From: a virus
Lineage: Duplodnaviria; Caudoviricetes
Length of the DNA stretch: 64,000 nt
Virus record (IMG/VR): IMGVR_UViG_3300025508_000012
Span: 1,525-65,524 of that record
Strand: one strand, 5' to 3'
Under the pieces are notes generated by a model that was not told the origin of the DNA, made no database searches, and saw only the letters and a list, made by a program, of their open reading frames with translations. Below, in pieces: positions 1 to 11,200 of the stretch. A program made the position numbers and the translations under genes. Every line of letters begins with the position of its first letter. The first letter of the stretch is position 1.

Positions 1-1231
1 TAATCCATTCTTGATATACTTCTTGGTATTGCTCGGTAAAACCTTCTATTGATCCTGAAGCGCCAGCTTGTAAAAATGGTGCAATCTTTTGACCAAACGT
101 AACACTACTTTTTGGTATAGACTTCATACCAGCTGAAAGGCGACCTAAACCTCCAAAGGTAAGACCGAACTGCAACATGTCAACACCAATCCATTTGAGG
201 TTGTCTGTATAAACTTCTTTTGCAGCTGCTGAAGCTTCCTCAGGAGTTAAACCTGCCGCTAACGCTTCTGTAAGTGTTTCTCCCGCTACGAAAGCTCCTT
301 CCGCTAAGTTACCACCAATACCACCACCAACTGCTGAAACTATAGCTTGTGGCCCTTTTGCTAATGCTGCTGTTTCATCTAAAAACTTATCACCAACCTT
401 AGCTGATGGATTATACATTTGTGCTTTTTTCAAATTCTTTTTAGTTACACCTTTTACTTGTGCTTTAAAAAGATTTGATCCTCCTTTTGCAAACTTAACA
501 GCTTTGCTACTATTAAGTAAAAATTTTGTACTAGCTCCTGCTGCACCCATACCTGGCACAAAGAATGACATAGAGTATGGTAATAGTCTTGCAACTTTAG
601 TTGTCCAAAATGATGGATCAGCCATTGAAGACCATGATATATTTTCTAATTCAGGCGGAATAAATACATCATTTTTCATTTGTATTTCTTGCCCTTTACG
701 TTTTAAGTAAGATGCTACTGTTGTATTAATACCTGCTTCTGGATCCCACGGTGTAATTGTTGATCCAATAAAATCAATAGTTTGTCCAGTACCTTCTACT
801 AAATCTCCCCATCCTGCCGCTACACTTCTACCAAAGTCAGATTGTTTTGTTCCACCAGCAACAGATAAACCAGCTGCTGCACCAGCTAAAGTTCCCATAG
901 GTCCACCTATTGAACCTATCAAACCACCACCTATAACTGCTGCTGCGTCACCTGCTGTAATGTCTGGTGCTAAAAATGTATCAGGATCTGTTATTTGTTG
1001 ATCAGGATTTTCTCCATACATCTGCTGCTGTAATACAGCCCCAGATTCTCCCATCATTTCAGAGCCTACAGCATTCGATATTGCTCTATCGTACGCTTGT
1101 TCTTCTTTTGATTTTTGAAAAAGTGATTCAAAACCTTTAGGCTGCTGCATGCCTTCATCATATTTTTTTGCAGCATCTGCTGGTTTTTCTTCAGCATTTA
1201 TGTTTTTTGTAAAATTAAAAAATGTACTCAT
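1..1231 (-). CDS. N-terminal part (about 410 aa, runs off left edge) of a giant virion/ejection protein, probably the 5' end of the virion RNAP gene whose 3' part is at 55257-64000
   Basis: Not in ORF track. My translation from ATG 1231 (overlapping the upstream TAA) gives MSTFFNFTKNINAEEKPADAAKK...GGGLIGSIGGPMGTLAGAAAG...QEVYQEWI, open to base 1. Gly/Ala-rich hydrophobic segments; directly follows the cargo genes. Confidence 0.8.
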   Translation of the reverse strand, partial: MSTFFNFTKNINAEEKPADAAKKYDEGMQQPKGFESLFQKSKEEQAYDRAISNAVGSEMMGESGAVLQQQMYGENPDQQITDPDTFLAPDITAGDAAAVIGGGLIGSIGGPMGTLAGAAAGLSVAGGTKQSDFGRSVAAGWGDLVEGTGQTIDFIGSTITPWDPEAGINTTVASYLKRKGQEIQMKNDVFIPPELENISWSSMADPSFWTTKVARLLPYSMSFFVPGMGAAGASTKFLLNSSKAVKFAKGGSNLFKAQVKGVTKKNLKKAQMYNPSAKVGDKFLDETAALAKGPQAIVSAVGGGIGGNLAEGAFVAGETLTEALAAGLTPEEASAAAKEVYTDNLKWIGVDMLQFGLTFGGLGRLSAGMKSIPKSSVTFGQKIAPFLQAGASGSIEGFTEQYQEVYQEWI

Positions 1232-3129
1232 TAGTAATTAAAATATTTAGTCCAAAGTCTTGCTCTTGACTTTATATTGTTAATGTCTTCTTTTGTAGAC
1301 ACTTTTTCTTTGTATCTATAATATAATTCTAAATTACCTGATGCTAAAATTTCATGCAGCTCTGGATTTTCTTTTTTAAGATTACTTAAATTACCTATAG
1401 CCACCTTCATCATTTCGTGTGTATTTGCTGTTTTTTGATTTATTGCTGCTTTTCCTGCGTTTTCTAAAAGTTCTGTCATAACTATTGGTAGCATTTTATT
1501 ATCAATTCCTGCATTTAACATGCTTATAGCTATTGGAGTTGAATAAGTTTGAGCTATTAAATCTACACCACCTTCATTGCCCTCTGCATAAATAGTTGAT
1601 AATTGATTTTGAGCTTTATCCTTAAGTTTCTTTTGTTTTTCCCTTTTTATTTTGTCTTTAGCAAAGTTAGCAATATTTGTTCTAGTTGATGAAAGCGTTT
1701 CATTTATTTTTTCATCTTTATCCAAACCAGCTATGTTGACATAATCCATACTTAGTTCTTTGTAGTATACATCGTCCTGGAACATATCGTCCTCTTCCAT
1801 TTGTATAATGTAAGCTGGTTGAAACTGAACATCATCTAATGTTGCAAGTTTTTCATTTATAGTAGAAGCTCTATTAGTTGGATCTAAATCTGCTTCACCT
1901 TCTGTCATTAATACCTCTATAGTTCTTCCAAACTTATCTTTACCAATAGCTTTTTGTCCAACAAAAATCCCTTTGATTAACATATCATCTAAGTTTTTTT
2001 CCATAGATAATGGACCAAGCTCATCTTCAGTAATCATGCTACCTTGGAAATTAAACAGTCCTGCACCATCTCCAAAGTTTTCTATAATAAAGTCCCCTTC
2101 ATCAAACTGTATTCTATCACCAAATACTTGACGTAAAACTTTTTCTTGCATATCAGGATTGGTAAATATTTCACCACTTGTTTGTGCTACTATACTATTT
2201 TTAACTATAGGTCTTGAGTTTTCATCGTACCCAACCAACATATCGTAATATTGATCAGCGCCAGACGCTTTAAATATATCTCCATATGAGTATTGTCTAA
2301 GCTGTGCACCTGTAGCTTTTGGTGCCATATCCAAACCTTTAACAAGTTCAGTACCTAAAGTTGTTTTAATTTCTTTTTCACCGTAATCAGCAATTTGCGT
2401 GCCAGCTAATCTTTGTTCAAGATAAGGCATCATTAAAGTTACATCTTGTTGAACAGATTTCATAATCTCATCTTTGTTTGGATTATCTCCAATATGATAT
2501 TCAAAATCTGCAAGTAATGTAGCTTGATTAGCTAATAAATAATGCTCTAATCCAACTTTTTCTTCTACAGTCATTTCATTTAAAAATTCTGTATCAATCT
2601 CACCATCTAACTGACCTCTATATGTTATCGCATCTGTTTCTCCATTCATAAATTTAGCATAGTTATCTTTATCTCTCATAGAGATTAAATGCCCTTTATT
2701 TGAATTTTGGGCTTGTATAATTTTAGCTAAATTTTCTTTATTTTGTGAAACTTGATAAACAAAATCGTTGTTGTTTAGTTTGTATTGGTATTCGGAAATC
2801 AATCTATCTATACCAAATTGTTTAGCTTTTTCATACGATCCATATTGACGCAACATATCATTTATGGGTGTAAGATAGTCATCAGACATTTGTCTAATTT
2901 TTTCTTTGTCTTGTTGTCTTGCGTGCTGCCCTGTTAATAGATCGTTAGCTATTGAATATGATTGATCAATAGATTGTTGAAATGATTGTCGTTGCGCATC
3001 CTCTTGTGCTTGTTGTTGATCCTGCATTTTAGAAATAGCCTGCATATATTGCAGCTCTTCATTTCTTCTTTCTTTTCGACTAGACGATCCAAAAAATCCT
3101 GCTAAAGCATTGTATCCGTATGCATCCAT
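1231..3129 (-). CDS. Putative virion cargo/ejection protein (632 aa)
   Basis: Long ORF, Gln-rich coiled-coil N-terminus, located between muzzle and giant RNAP genes as in crAss-like genomes. Confidence 0.6.
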   Translation of the reverse strand: MDAYGYNALAGFFGSSSRKERRNEELQYMQAISKMQDQQQAQEDAQRQSFQQSIDQSYSIANDLLTGQHARQQDKEKIRQMSDDYLTPINDMLRQYGSYEKAKQFGIDRLISEYQYKLNNNDFVYQVSQNKENLAKIIQAQNSNKGHLISMRDKDNYAKFMNGETDAITYRGQLDGEIDTEFLNEMTVEEKVGLEHYLLANQATLLADFEYHIGDNPNKDEIMKSVQQDVTLMMPYLEQRLAGTQIADYGEKEIKTTLGTELVKGLDMAPKATGAQLRQYSYGDIFKASGADQYYDMLVGYDENSRPIVKNSIVAQTSGEIFTNPDMQEKVLRQVFGDRIQFDEGDFIIENFGDGAGLFNFQGSMITEDELGPLSMEKNLDDMLIKGIFVGQKAIGKDKFGRTIEVLMTEGEADLDPTNRASTINEKLATLDDVQFQPAYIIQMEEDDMFQDDVYYKELSMDYVNIAGLDKDEKINETLSSTRTNIANFAKDKIKREKQKKLKDKAQNQLSTIYAEGNEGGVDLIAQTYSTPIAISMLNAGIDNKMLPIVMTELLENAGKAAINQKTANTHEMMKVAIGNLSNLKKENPELHEILASGNLELYYRYKEKVSTKEDINNIKSRARLWTKYFNY

Positions 3130-3130
3130 A

Positions 3131-5284
3131 TTAATTTGGGTTAACTGATCCTGTTGTAGTGTTAGATGAGCCAGGGGTATTTAATCCAACGATAGGGTTA
3201 TTACTATTATTTTGTATTTTATTAGCCAACATTTGCTCAAACATATTTTTATAAATACTTGATTGATCGTTCATGTTATCTGCTACTTGTTGAAATGCTA
3301 ATTGTGCAAAATTAGAAGCTCCCTGTTTGTTTCTAATTTGTTCTGCTAAGTCGTCTGCTCTTTCCGCAGCTCCTTTTCTATATTCAAACTCTTCTTTAAA
3401 ATTAAGAGCCTGTCCATATTTATCCATATTAATTCTTTGTAGCTCTGCATCTTTTGCTGCAAAGTTTAATAAAGCTGTAGATCTTTCTGCATCGAGTACG
3501 CCTGAAGTTGCGAGAAATTTAGCTCGGTCTCCTGCTGTACCTCTTACAGAATTTTCAATACCTATTTGATATGCTTTATCTATATCTTTTCTGTGTTTAG
3601 CAGCCTCTTCAGGAGTAAAACCCATTTTAGAAAGTTGTTGTGTTTGATATAAATGTTTTTTAAACATATCTGACAAACCAGGTAGCTCCAAAGGTTTTAT
3701 TTCCTTCATAGCATCATTGTAAGCTTGTCTACCCATAGTCGCAGCCACCAATGTACCAGGGCCACCTATCATGTCTGTAATCTGTTTTACAAGACCTAAC
3801 CCTTTTGCTAATCCGTCACCAACTTTACCTAATGAATCCCAAAAACCTTTACCGTCTTTAGCATCATTATTTGAAACGTTATCGTTTTTGATTGTTGGCT
3901 CGTCTATATCTTCTGGCTTTACTTCAACTTCAGGAAGATTAACAACAAAATCATTAGGTATAGTTTCAGGAATCTCAGCTTTTTTTTCTGGCTGATTTTC
4001 TATTTCCTTATTTTTTGTACTATCAACAATTCGATCAGACAAACCATAGCTTCCTTCTGGTGTTTCTACTTCCTCTAACTGTGGCATGGTATAACCAAAA
4101 GGACCTTCTGATCTTGGAGCTCCTTGAACTTCTGATATTTCTATAGAAACCTTGTCTATCTGTTTCTTAAGACTAATAATATCATCATTGCTAAAATCTA
4201 TAGCGTTGTCTTGTATAACAGCTAACTGCTCTCTTAATCTTTTTTCTTGCTCAACTAAACCTGATAATTTTGCATTTTTATCAAAGCTAACTTTAAAATT
4301 TTCTAACTCTTCTTTTGCTATTTTATAAGCATTAAGATCGCCTGGTTGATTAGTAGCAAGATAGGTTTTGTACAGCTTATTAACTTTAGTTGTAAGCTCA
4401 TTTTGTGTTTTAAGTTTAGCTTGTTCTTTTTCTTGTTTATCGCTGTTCTCTAAACTTATATTAGCCTTTTCTCTATTTGCATTTTGTTTCCTTTCATTAT
4501 AAGCTACTAAGTCCTTTGGATCTTGTTGTAGTTGAACTGGCTTTGGACCAACAAATGTAAATCTTTTAGTAAAAGGAGTTTGTTCGAATCCATCTTCTGA
4601 GAAAAAAGCTCTATAAAATTTAGTGCCATCTTCAAACTCATCTTCTTTCATAACATTGTCAGCACCTTCTGACTCAGCGCCAATAGATGTGTAAATGTTT
4701 GCTATATTATTTATTTCTTCTTGTGTATAACTTTTGTCATCCGCAGAGTGTGTCCAAGTATTTGTTTCTGTATTATATGAAGATGTAAAGTTTGTGTATT
4801 TGTTAGTTTTTGTATCATATACTTTGTATGTTACACCGCCTCTACCTTCAGTATTTAATATATCACTAAAACCTTGTATGTATGATATTCTTTTGTCTTG
4901 TGCATCAACTGATTGATCTTGTGGCTTTTCAAAATCTAACATAAATTGAACTACTGCATCATCTACGCTATCAAATTCAGAATTTAAATAATTTTGAGCT
5001 TCTGATTCTTCTAATGCAAAATCTATTTGAGCCTTCCAGTTACTTTTCCAATCAGGAACTTGTTGCTGTAATCCTGATTTACGAGTTTTAAAGGTATGTT
5101 GGAATAAACCAATACCTTTATTTTCCATATCTCCAATTTCTACAGCATCTATATAAAAGTCTGACTCTGCTTTTATATTAGCTAAAATACCCATAGCTTT
5201 ATTATGAGTCATTTTAGGCTTAGTCATTAAATAGTCATAAACCTGTTTTGGTGATATTTGTTGTGTTCCTGGTAATACTGCCAT
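3131..5284 (-). CDS. Ejection/cargo protein with N-terminal phage tail lysozyme (Phage_lysozyme2-like) domain
   Basis: VYDYL...AMGILANIKAES...GIGLFQH...QIDFAL...FMLDFEKP pattern in first about 140 aa; coiled-coil remainder. Confidence 0.75.
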   Translation of the reverse strand: MAVLPGTQQISPKQVYDYLMTKPKMTHNKAMGILANIKAESDFYIDAVEIGDMENKGIGLFQHTFKTRKSGLQQQVPDWKSNWKAQIDFALEESEAQNYLNSEFDSVDDAVVQFMLDFEKPQDQSVDAQDKRISYIQGFSDILNTEGRGGVTYKVYDTKTNKYTNFTSSYNTETNTWTHSADDKSYTQEEINNIANIYTSIGAESEGADNVMKEDEFEDGTKFYRAFFSEDGFEQTPFTKRFTFVGPKPVQLQQDPKDLVAYNERKQNANREKANISLENSDKQEKEQAKLKTQNELTTKVNKLYKTYLATNQPGDLNAYKIAKEELENFKVSFDKNAKLSGLVEQEKRLREQLAVIQDNAIDFSNDDIISLKKQIDKVSIEISEVQGAPRSEGPFGYTMPQLEEVETPEGSYGLSDRIVDSTKNKEIENQPEKKAEIPETIPNDFVVNLPEVEVKPEDIDEPTIKNDNVSNNDAKDGKGFWDSLGKVGDGLAKGLGLVKQITDMIGGPGTLVAATMGRQAYNDAMKEIKPLELPGLSDMFKKHLYQTQQLSKMGFTPEEAAKHRKDIDKAYQIGIENSVRGTAGDRAKFLATSGVLDAERSTALLNFAAKDAELQRINMDKYGQALNFKEEFEYRKGAAERADDLAEQIRNKQGASNFAQLAFQQVADNMNDQSSIYKNMFEQMLANKIQNNSNNPIVGLNTPGSSNTTTGSVNPN

Positions 5285-5285
5285 T

Positions 5286-6548
5286 TTAACCCATATTATT
5301 TTTTTTCCATTTTGAGTGATTAGTTTTTATCATGGAAAGTATTTCATCATTACTCATGTCTTCATTGTACTGTTTATCTATGTGATCATATATACCAGCA
5401 CCTTTCTTTGCGACCTGTCCTGTTGGATTGCCATTCTTGTCTAATACAGTGCCGTCTTGAGCTACAGGTAGTGGATTGTCTTTATGGCTTGCTTTTCCAG
5501 GAGTTATGTTATTTTGATTATCTGCCTCTTCTTTAAATATTTCAGCAGCAGTATCGTCATCCCCTCTATTCATTGCGTCACGCATTTCCTCTTCTCTGTT
5601 GTTTATAAGCTCTCCTCCCGTAAACTCGGCTTTTGGCATTTCCCCACCAGTAGCAGCTGTACCTTCTTCTTGTGGTATCATTTCTCCTTCACCGCCTTGC
5701 TGTTCTATAGCCTCTTGCTTCTGTTGATCTTGTTCACTATTCTGTAAAACATTCTCAGCTGTAGCAGGATCTATTTCATTATCAATTTCTTCACCACCAA
5801 ACACTTCTTCATAGGCCTCTGGATCAGCAGCTTTTAAAAACGATTGCGATATGTTTTTAGCCTGATCTAAGTTAGCGAAACCATTATCTCCAACAGGACC
5901 ATCAAAAAATACATTTTTAAAGAATTGATTTTGTTCTCCTTTGTTTTCTCTTATGTAGTTATCAACTACACTATTGTAATCATTTTTTACTATTGCATCA
6001 AATAATGTTTCATTTATATCATTTGTGCGCATGTAGTCTTGTATAACAAATTGACTTTTAATTGGTAATCTATCAAAAGCATCATCACCATATTTACCAT
6101 CTATATACTCTTCAGCTTTTTCTTCTGCTTTCTCTACAATATCACCAAGCGTTTCTTGCACAGATTCATTTGATCTAATACCAAAATCAGCTTTCATTTT
6201 TTTTGCCTTTGTCAAATCGTCTGTTATTCCTAAAGAAATACCCATGCCTGCTTTAACTTCGTATTTCCCATTATCTAATGGCTGTATGAACGCTTCAAAG
6301 GAATCAGTTTCTTCATGATAGCCTTTCATTTGTGGATTTTCTAATCCTGCAAGTGTTTGAATATAATTAGGGTATGCTTGCATTTTAAGAGCTTTATTAA
6401 TAAATAAAACACCATCAGCATCTTGCAAACCTTCTTCTTCAATAAGTTGTTCTATAGTATCATCAGAATCTGCGTCATCAAAGTGACCACCATTAGCGTA
6501 CTCATCTTGCTCTGCAAGTTTGTATAACCTTTCTAATTTGTCGTTCAT
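5286..6548 (-). CDS. Acidic virion cargo protein (420 aa)
   Basis: Acidic ORF in cargo cluster; YANGG near N-terminus; AEFTGGE and GKASH motifs near C-terminus. Confidence 0.55.
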   Translation of the reverse strand: MNDKLERLYKLAEQDEYANGGHFDDADSDDTIEQLIEEEGLQDADGVLFINKALKMQAYPNYIQTLAGLENPQMKGYHEETDSFEAFIQPLDNGKYEVKAGMGISLGITDDLTKAKKMKADFGIRSNESVQETLGDIVEKAEEKAEEYIDGKYGDDAFDRLPIKSQFVIQDYMRTNDINETLFDAIVKNDYNSVVDNYIRENKGEQNQFFKNVFFDGPVGDNGFANLDQAKNISQSFLKAADPEAYEEVFGGEEIDNEIDPATAENVLQNSEQDQQKQEAIEQQGGEGEMIPQEEGTAATGGEMPKAEFTGGELINNREEEMRDAMNRGDDDTAAEIFKEEADNQNNITPGKASHKDNPLPVAQDGTVLDKNGNPTGQVAKKGAGIYDHIDKQYNEDMSNDEILSMIKTNHSKWKKNNMG

Positions 6549-8278
6549 TATTGTCCTAATTGATTTTGTTGATAGAATCCAATGCCATCTTGTCCCATAC
6601 GCTGTGCAAAACCTGCAGATCCACCGCTTATATTTGGGCCTCCACTAACTACTCTTGGGGTAAATCCTGGACCTACACCACCTTGATTAGCACCTACACC
6701 CATAGCTGCAGGAATCAATGGTGATTGCATCATTGCTTCTGGCACCGTTGGTAATGGCTCCATTTTTGGTAAAGGCTCTTCTTTTCCTCTGCCTCCTAAT
6801 AAATCTTTAACACCGCCAACAACACCTTTTACAACATCGCCAACTCCTTTGACTACAGCCTTAACGCCTTTGCCTACAAATTTAACAGCATCTTTAGCAA
6901 CTTTAATTCCAGTAGTCACAACCTTCTTAGCTACCTTGGCAACTTTAGTCACAACTTTTTTAGCAACTTTAACGCCTTGCTTAACTACTTTTGCACCTGT
7001 TTTTACAACTTTCTTAGCTACCTTAGCTCCAGTTTTAACAACTTTTTTTGCAACCTTGCCAACTTTTTTTCCTACTTTTTTTACGCCCTTTTTAATTTTC
7101 TTTATAGTCTTTTTAATTTTTCCCTTAAGTTTTTTAAAAAATCCCTTTTTTTTCTTTTTTCTTCTTTTTCTTTTTCTTCTTCTAAAGAATCCACCAAAAC
7201 CAAACTCTTCTTTTTCTTGAGATGATAAAAAGTCAAAAATACCTTCACCTTCTGGAACATCGTCAGTAAGTTCATTGTACTCTGGAACATGTCCTAAAAG
7301 ACCACCTTCACTATATTGTGTTGTTCCATATGTGTTACCATATCTTGCAGCACTTTGATAATATTGCTGTGCTTGAAATTGACTTGCTTGTGCTTGTCTG
7401 TTTCTTTCAATGCCTTCTAAATAAGCATCACGTATTTCTTGTTTTCTTTGAGCTACTGCCTCTTCGTATTCACGTTGTGCTTTTGCTCTTGCAGCTTTAC
7501 GAGCCTTGTCTCGTTTTTTCTTTCCACCAAGTAGCGATATACCTATACCTATCAAAGCGCCTATTGGTCCAGCTGCCATACCAAGTTTTGCAGTTAATGC
7601 TGTGCCTACTGCTGTTCCAGCTACTTTAGCTCCAATAAAAGCACCTGCACCTGCACCTGATATACCAGCTCCAAGCATTTCACCACCTGTGAATGTAGTT
7701 GGATCATCATCATCAAACGCACTTCTTACAAGTCTTCCTGCTAAGTATGTAGGTATTGCTGCACTTGCTTTACCAGCCATTAAGTTACCATAGTATGATT
7801 TAGATGCAGCAGCAAATTTACTCGGCGCTAACTCAAAACCTGCTGGCATTTGTCCTCCAGGCAATAACGAAGCTTCGGATCCTGTTACAGGGTTTATTAT
7901 TTGCGTTGCACCTCCTGAACCTGGTATAGGACCTGCATATCTTATTTTGTCAACGAGATTACTTACACCTTTGCCTTTAATTAAACCTTCTTTACCAAAT
8001 AGTTGTTTACCCAACATTGCTGCTTGAGGAATCATTCCTACCATTTGCCCCATTCCTATTTTTTGTCTTTGATCAAAAGCTGGCTCAATATATGGGACTT
8101 CGGGAAACATAGCTTGTGCAGCAGAATACGCTGTATAGTTACCCATATTGTTTTGGTTGTATGCATACGCAGGTATTGTATTATTATACATATTTTGTGC
8201 CTGTGTATTAAAATCTCCATACGGGCTAAACATATTTCCGTATTGTTGCTGTATTGATGTAACGTCTGTTAGTGCCAT
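6548..8278 (-). CDS. Putative membrane-spanning ejection/cargo protein with Gly-zipper and Lys/Val amphipathic repeats
   Basis: GAGISGAGAGAFIG...GPIGALIGIGISLLG hydrophobic segment followed by a basic stretch; KVAKKVV repeats; immediately downstream of muzzle gene. Confidence 0.6.
   Translation of the reverse strand: MALTDVTSIQQQYGNMFSPYGDFNTQAQNMYNNTIPAYAYNQNNMGNYTAYSAAQAMFPEVPYIEPAFDQRQKIGMGQMVGMIPQAAMLGKQLFGKEGLIKGKGVSNLVDKIRYAGPIPGSGGATQIINPVTGSEASLLPGGQMPAGFELAPSKFAAASKSYYGNLMAGKASAAIPTYLAGRLVRSAFDDDDPTTFTGGEMLGAGISGAGAGAFIGAKVAGTAVGTALTAKLGMAAGPIGALIGIGISLLGGKKKRDKARKAARAKAQREYEEAVAQRKQEIRDAYLEGIERNRQAQASQFQAQQYYQSAARYGNTYGTTQYSEGGLLGHVPEYNELTDDVPEGEGIFDFLSSQEKEEFGFGGFFRRRKRKRRKKKKKGFFKKLKGKIKKTIKKIKKGVKKVGKKVGKVAKKVVKTGAKVAKKVVKTGAKVVKQGVKVAKKVVTKVAKVAKKVVTTGIKVAKDAVKFVGKGVKAVVKGVGDVVKGVVGGVKDLLGGRGKEEPLPKMEPLPTVPEAMMQSPLIPAAMGVGANQGGVGPGFTPRVVSGGPNISGGSAGFAQRMGQDGIGFYQQNQLGQ
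6830..7150 (-). repeat. Degenerate 33-nt (11-aa) coding repeats, KVAKKVVKTGA-like
   Basis: KVGKVAKKVVKTGAKVAKKVVKTGAKVVKQGVKVAKKVVTKVAKVAKKVVTTGIKVAK in translation. Confidence 0.8.
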
Positions 8279-11200
8279 TAATTAAAAGATTTTCGGTATT
8301 TAGCCATTATTGCAAAGATATTAAATTTTTCTTGAGTTCTTGCTGTTAGCTTAACTCTCAGATAAGTACCAGTTAATCTAGGGTTTTTAGATCCTGCAAA
8401 TAAATTTCTTATTGGTGCTCTTAAAACACCTTCTCTATATTTGTGTAAAGTGTCTTGAAACTCTGTTTCTGTTTGATAAAATGGATTATTATCAGTTTGT
8501 ATATTTTGTCTACCTATATCACTAAAGTCTGTAACAAATTCTATTTTTTCTACATATCTACCTATATCTGTTGATGCTATATTGTTTGAATTTACAGCTT
8601 TGTTACGATCTGTTTGGTTAACAGAAGTCCCATAATATACATTATTAATGTCACCTGTAGACATTACTACATTTAAATTGTCGAATTTTTTATTTTCACC
8701 AGGCCCTTCATTTATTACTTTTTCTACATAAGAAGCGTGTATTACAGGCGTTCTTGTAGACATTGGTGCATCTACAGTTAGTTCGTCATCTATTGCGTAT
8801 GAATCCGTAGATGTTATTGTAATATTAGACTCATACATAAAACCATCTTGTGCATCAATTGTTGCTACAACGTTACCTGTCTGATCTTTAATATCGTATG
8901 TTCCATCAGGATAATTTGATCCTGGATCTAAAATGTGTATTGCTGTTATTACTCCACTTGCATTAACCGCAGAAACCTTCATAAGAGAAACAAATCCAGA
9001 AGTATTTTCATAATTTAAATCAAACGCTATAGCAGAATTTTTTGCGTGTAACTGCGTATCAGAAAAGTATGTAGTTTTATTAGCATGTTTATGATCCCAT
9101 TGCCACAACTGCATGCCGCCTTCAACTAATTCGTGAGCACCATATGCATATTTTGCTGGATTCCAGTAGTAATTATTAGAAGTACCATATGATCCAGATA
9201 ATTGCGCTCCCGATATTACAGAATCTGTATAGATTGAACCAGAAACATAACTAACATTTTGAAATCCTGCCGATAAGTTTCCAACCGAACCATAGTACAG
9301 CCATGGCACTCTTGATTTTGGTGTTAATAAATTTCCTTGATGTTCAATCCATTGTTGTGGATAAACTGAATATTTACTAACAACTGCATTAAGATCTTCA
9401 CTAAAAGCTATTGTTGTTGAAGTAAAAAACTTTTCAGCATAACCGCCACTACCTTTACCATCTGGATATTGCGCATTAATATTTCCAACATTTGACAAAT
9501 CTAATGGATTTCTTCCTACTACTTCATATGTTGTAACGCCTGTAGATTGGTTAACATTTCTTCTATTTAAAACATAGTTTCCTTCAGGATATTTTGTTCT
9601 ATCATATTGATCTATTCTCAATCTATCGTTAAATGTAAGATATAATGTATTATTTTGATAGTCAAAACCTCCGTGTATTCCAATGAAATATAGAGGCATA
9701 TCAGCTAAATTAACCCTAGGAGCTTTATGATATTTATCTTTTATATTTAATCTACCATATTCTATTGCTTTTTTAAATAAATCTCTACAACCTATTTCAT
9801 CTGACAATACTGTAAATTGTTTTGATGTATCAAACTTTAGTAGCTTAGCATATCTAGAGTCAAAAAAGTACAAACCTGATTCACTAGCTATAACACTATG
9901 CATATGTTGTGTACCATACTTTACAGATATATATTGATGCGACTCAATTGTATCTCCCGATCCAGTAAATAATGTTTGCCCACCCGTGGCATCTGACAAA
10001 AATGTTCTTGGATTAACAAGTAATTGTCCAAATGCATTTTCTTGTACAAAATATATTTCATTATTAAAATTAATCAGTCTATTTATAGATCCGTGTATAG
10101 CCTCTACATCATAAAAGTTAAATATAGGAAACACTCTAAATGCATCGCTTTCTTCTCCAGCTAATTTAGTTTTTGAATAAGCTACTTCATATGGTAAGTC
10201 AGTAAATTCACAATCTCTTTTTTTGACGCTTAAATAGCTTTTTGTATTATTTTCTTGTGAGTATACTGGATTGTAAAACCAATCGTTTGAGAAAGGTGGA
10301 GCAGTTTGATCAAATCCTTCTACATGATCATTATTACCTAAATTTAAACCACTTCTCATTTCTGTATTAACAAAAGACTCACAAGGAAAAACAATCCATT
10401 TAGAATAGCTTTTATCTGGATATGGTGATGTTGTCATTTGATGAGAGTATATACCTACAAATGTATCTCCGCCAAAAACAGTTGATAAATGATGAATATC
10501 ATTCCTACCATGTCCCTGTCTAAGCTGATGTTTATTACCTGCTGCAACCCATCTTGTATTTTCTAATGCGTCAACACTATTACCGCCATATTGATTATTA
10601 TTTGTTCTGTAAATATTTCCATAATAATAATATGGTAAATGTACCTCTCCATGATTACAATCTTCACCATGAGCATTTATGGTTGGTCTTGATGCTTTAG
10701 ATGCTTTCCAATCTTGATTCATTGCGCAATATGATGGATCTTTCATTGGCAAATAATCCCACGAACCTTTCCAATCTGTTTGCAGAAGTATTGCTCTTGT
10801 TCCCATTTGCAAAGTACTAATAGTATCATAGTTAACGTCAGCAGCTTCTAAATCAGCATCTATTTTTCCATACTTCATATAACTTCTCCAAGCTCCAGTA
10901 TCTATTTTTGCATGTCCTAATGTAAAATTTGAAAATCCTGGTCTACTCCAAATGTACTGATTATTATTTGAAGTGTATGTTTGTTTAAAAAAACCAGAAG
11001 CAACTATTTCACCGTCTACTATCTCTTTACCTCTAACTATTTGTCTTTCGTACCAAGGAACAAAACTACTTATATTGCCACTCCACCCAGTAGCTAAGGA
11101 TATTGTTGTACTTCCGTTTGGATTTATAGGTGACGTATAGTTAGCAGTCACGCCATCAACCGTACCTTTTGCCGAATCTATTGAACCTGGATTATGAACA

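Noticed and set aside
6849-7225. Plus-strand hydrophobic ORFs (Phe/Leu/Thr-rich)
   Set aside because: Antisense shadows of the Lys/Val repeat in 6548..8278
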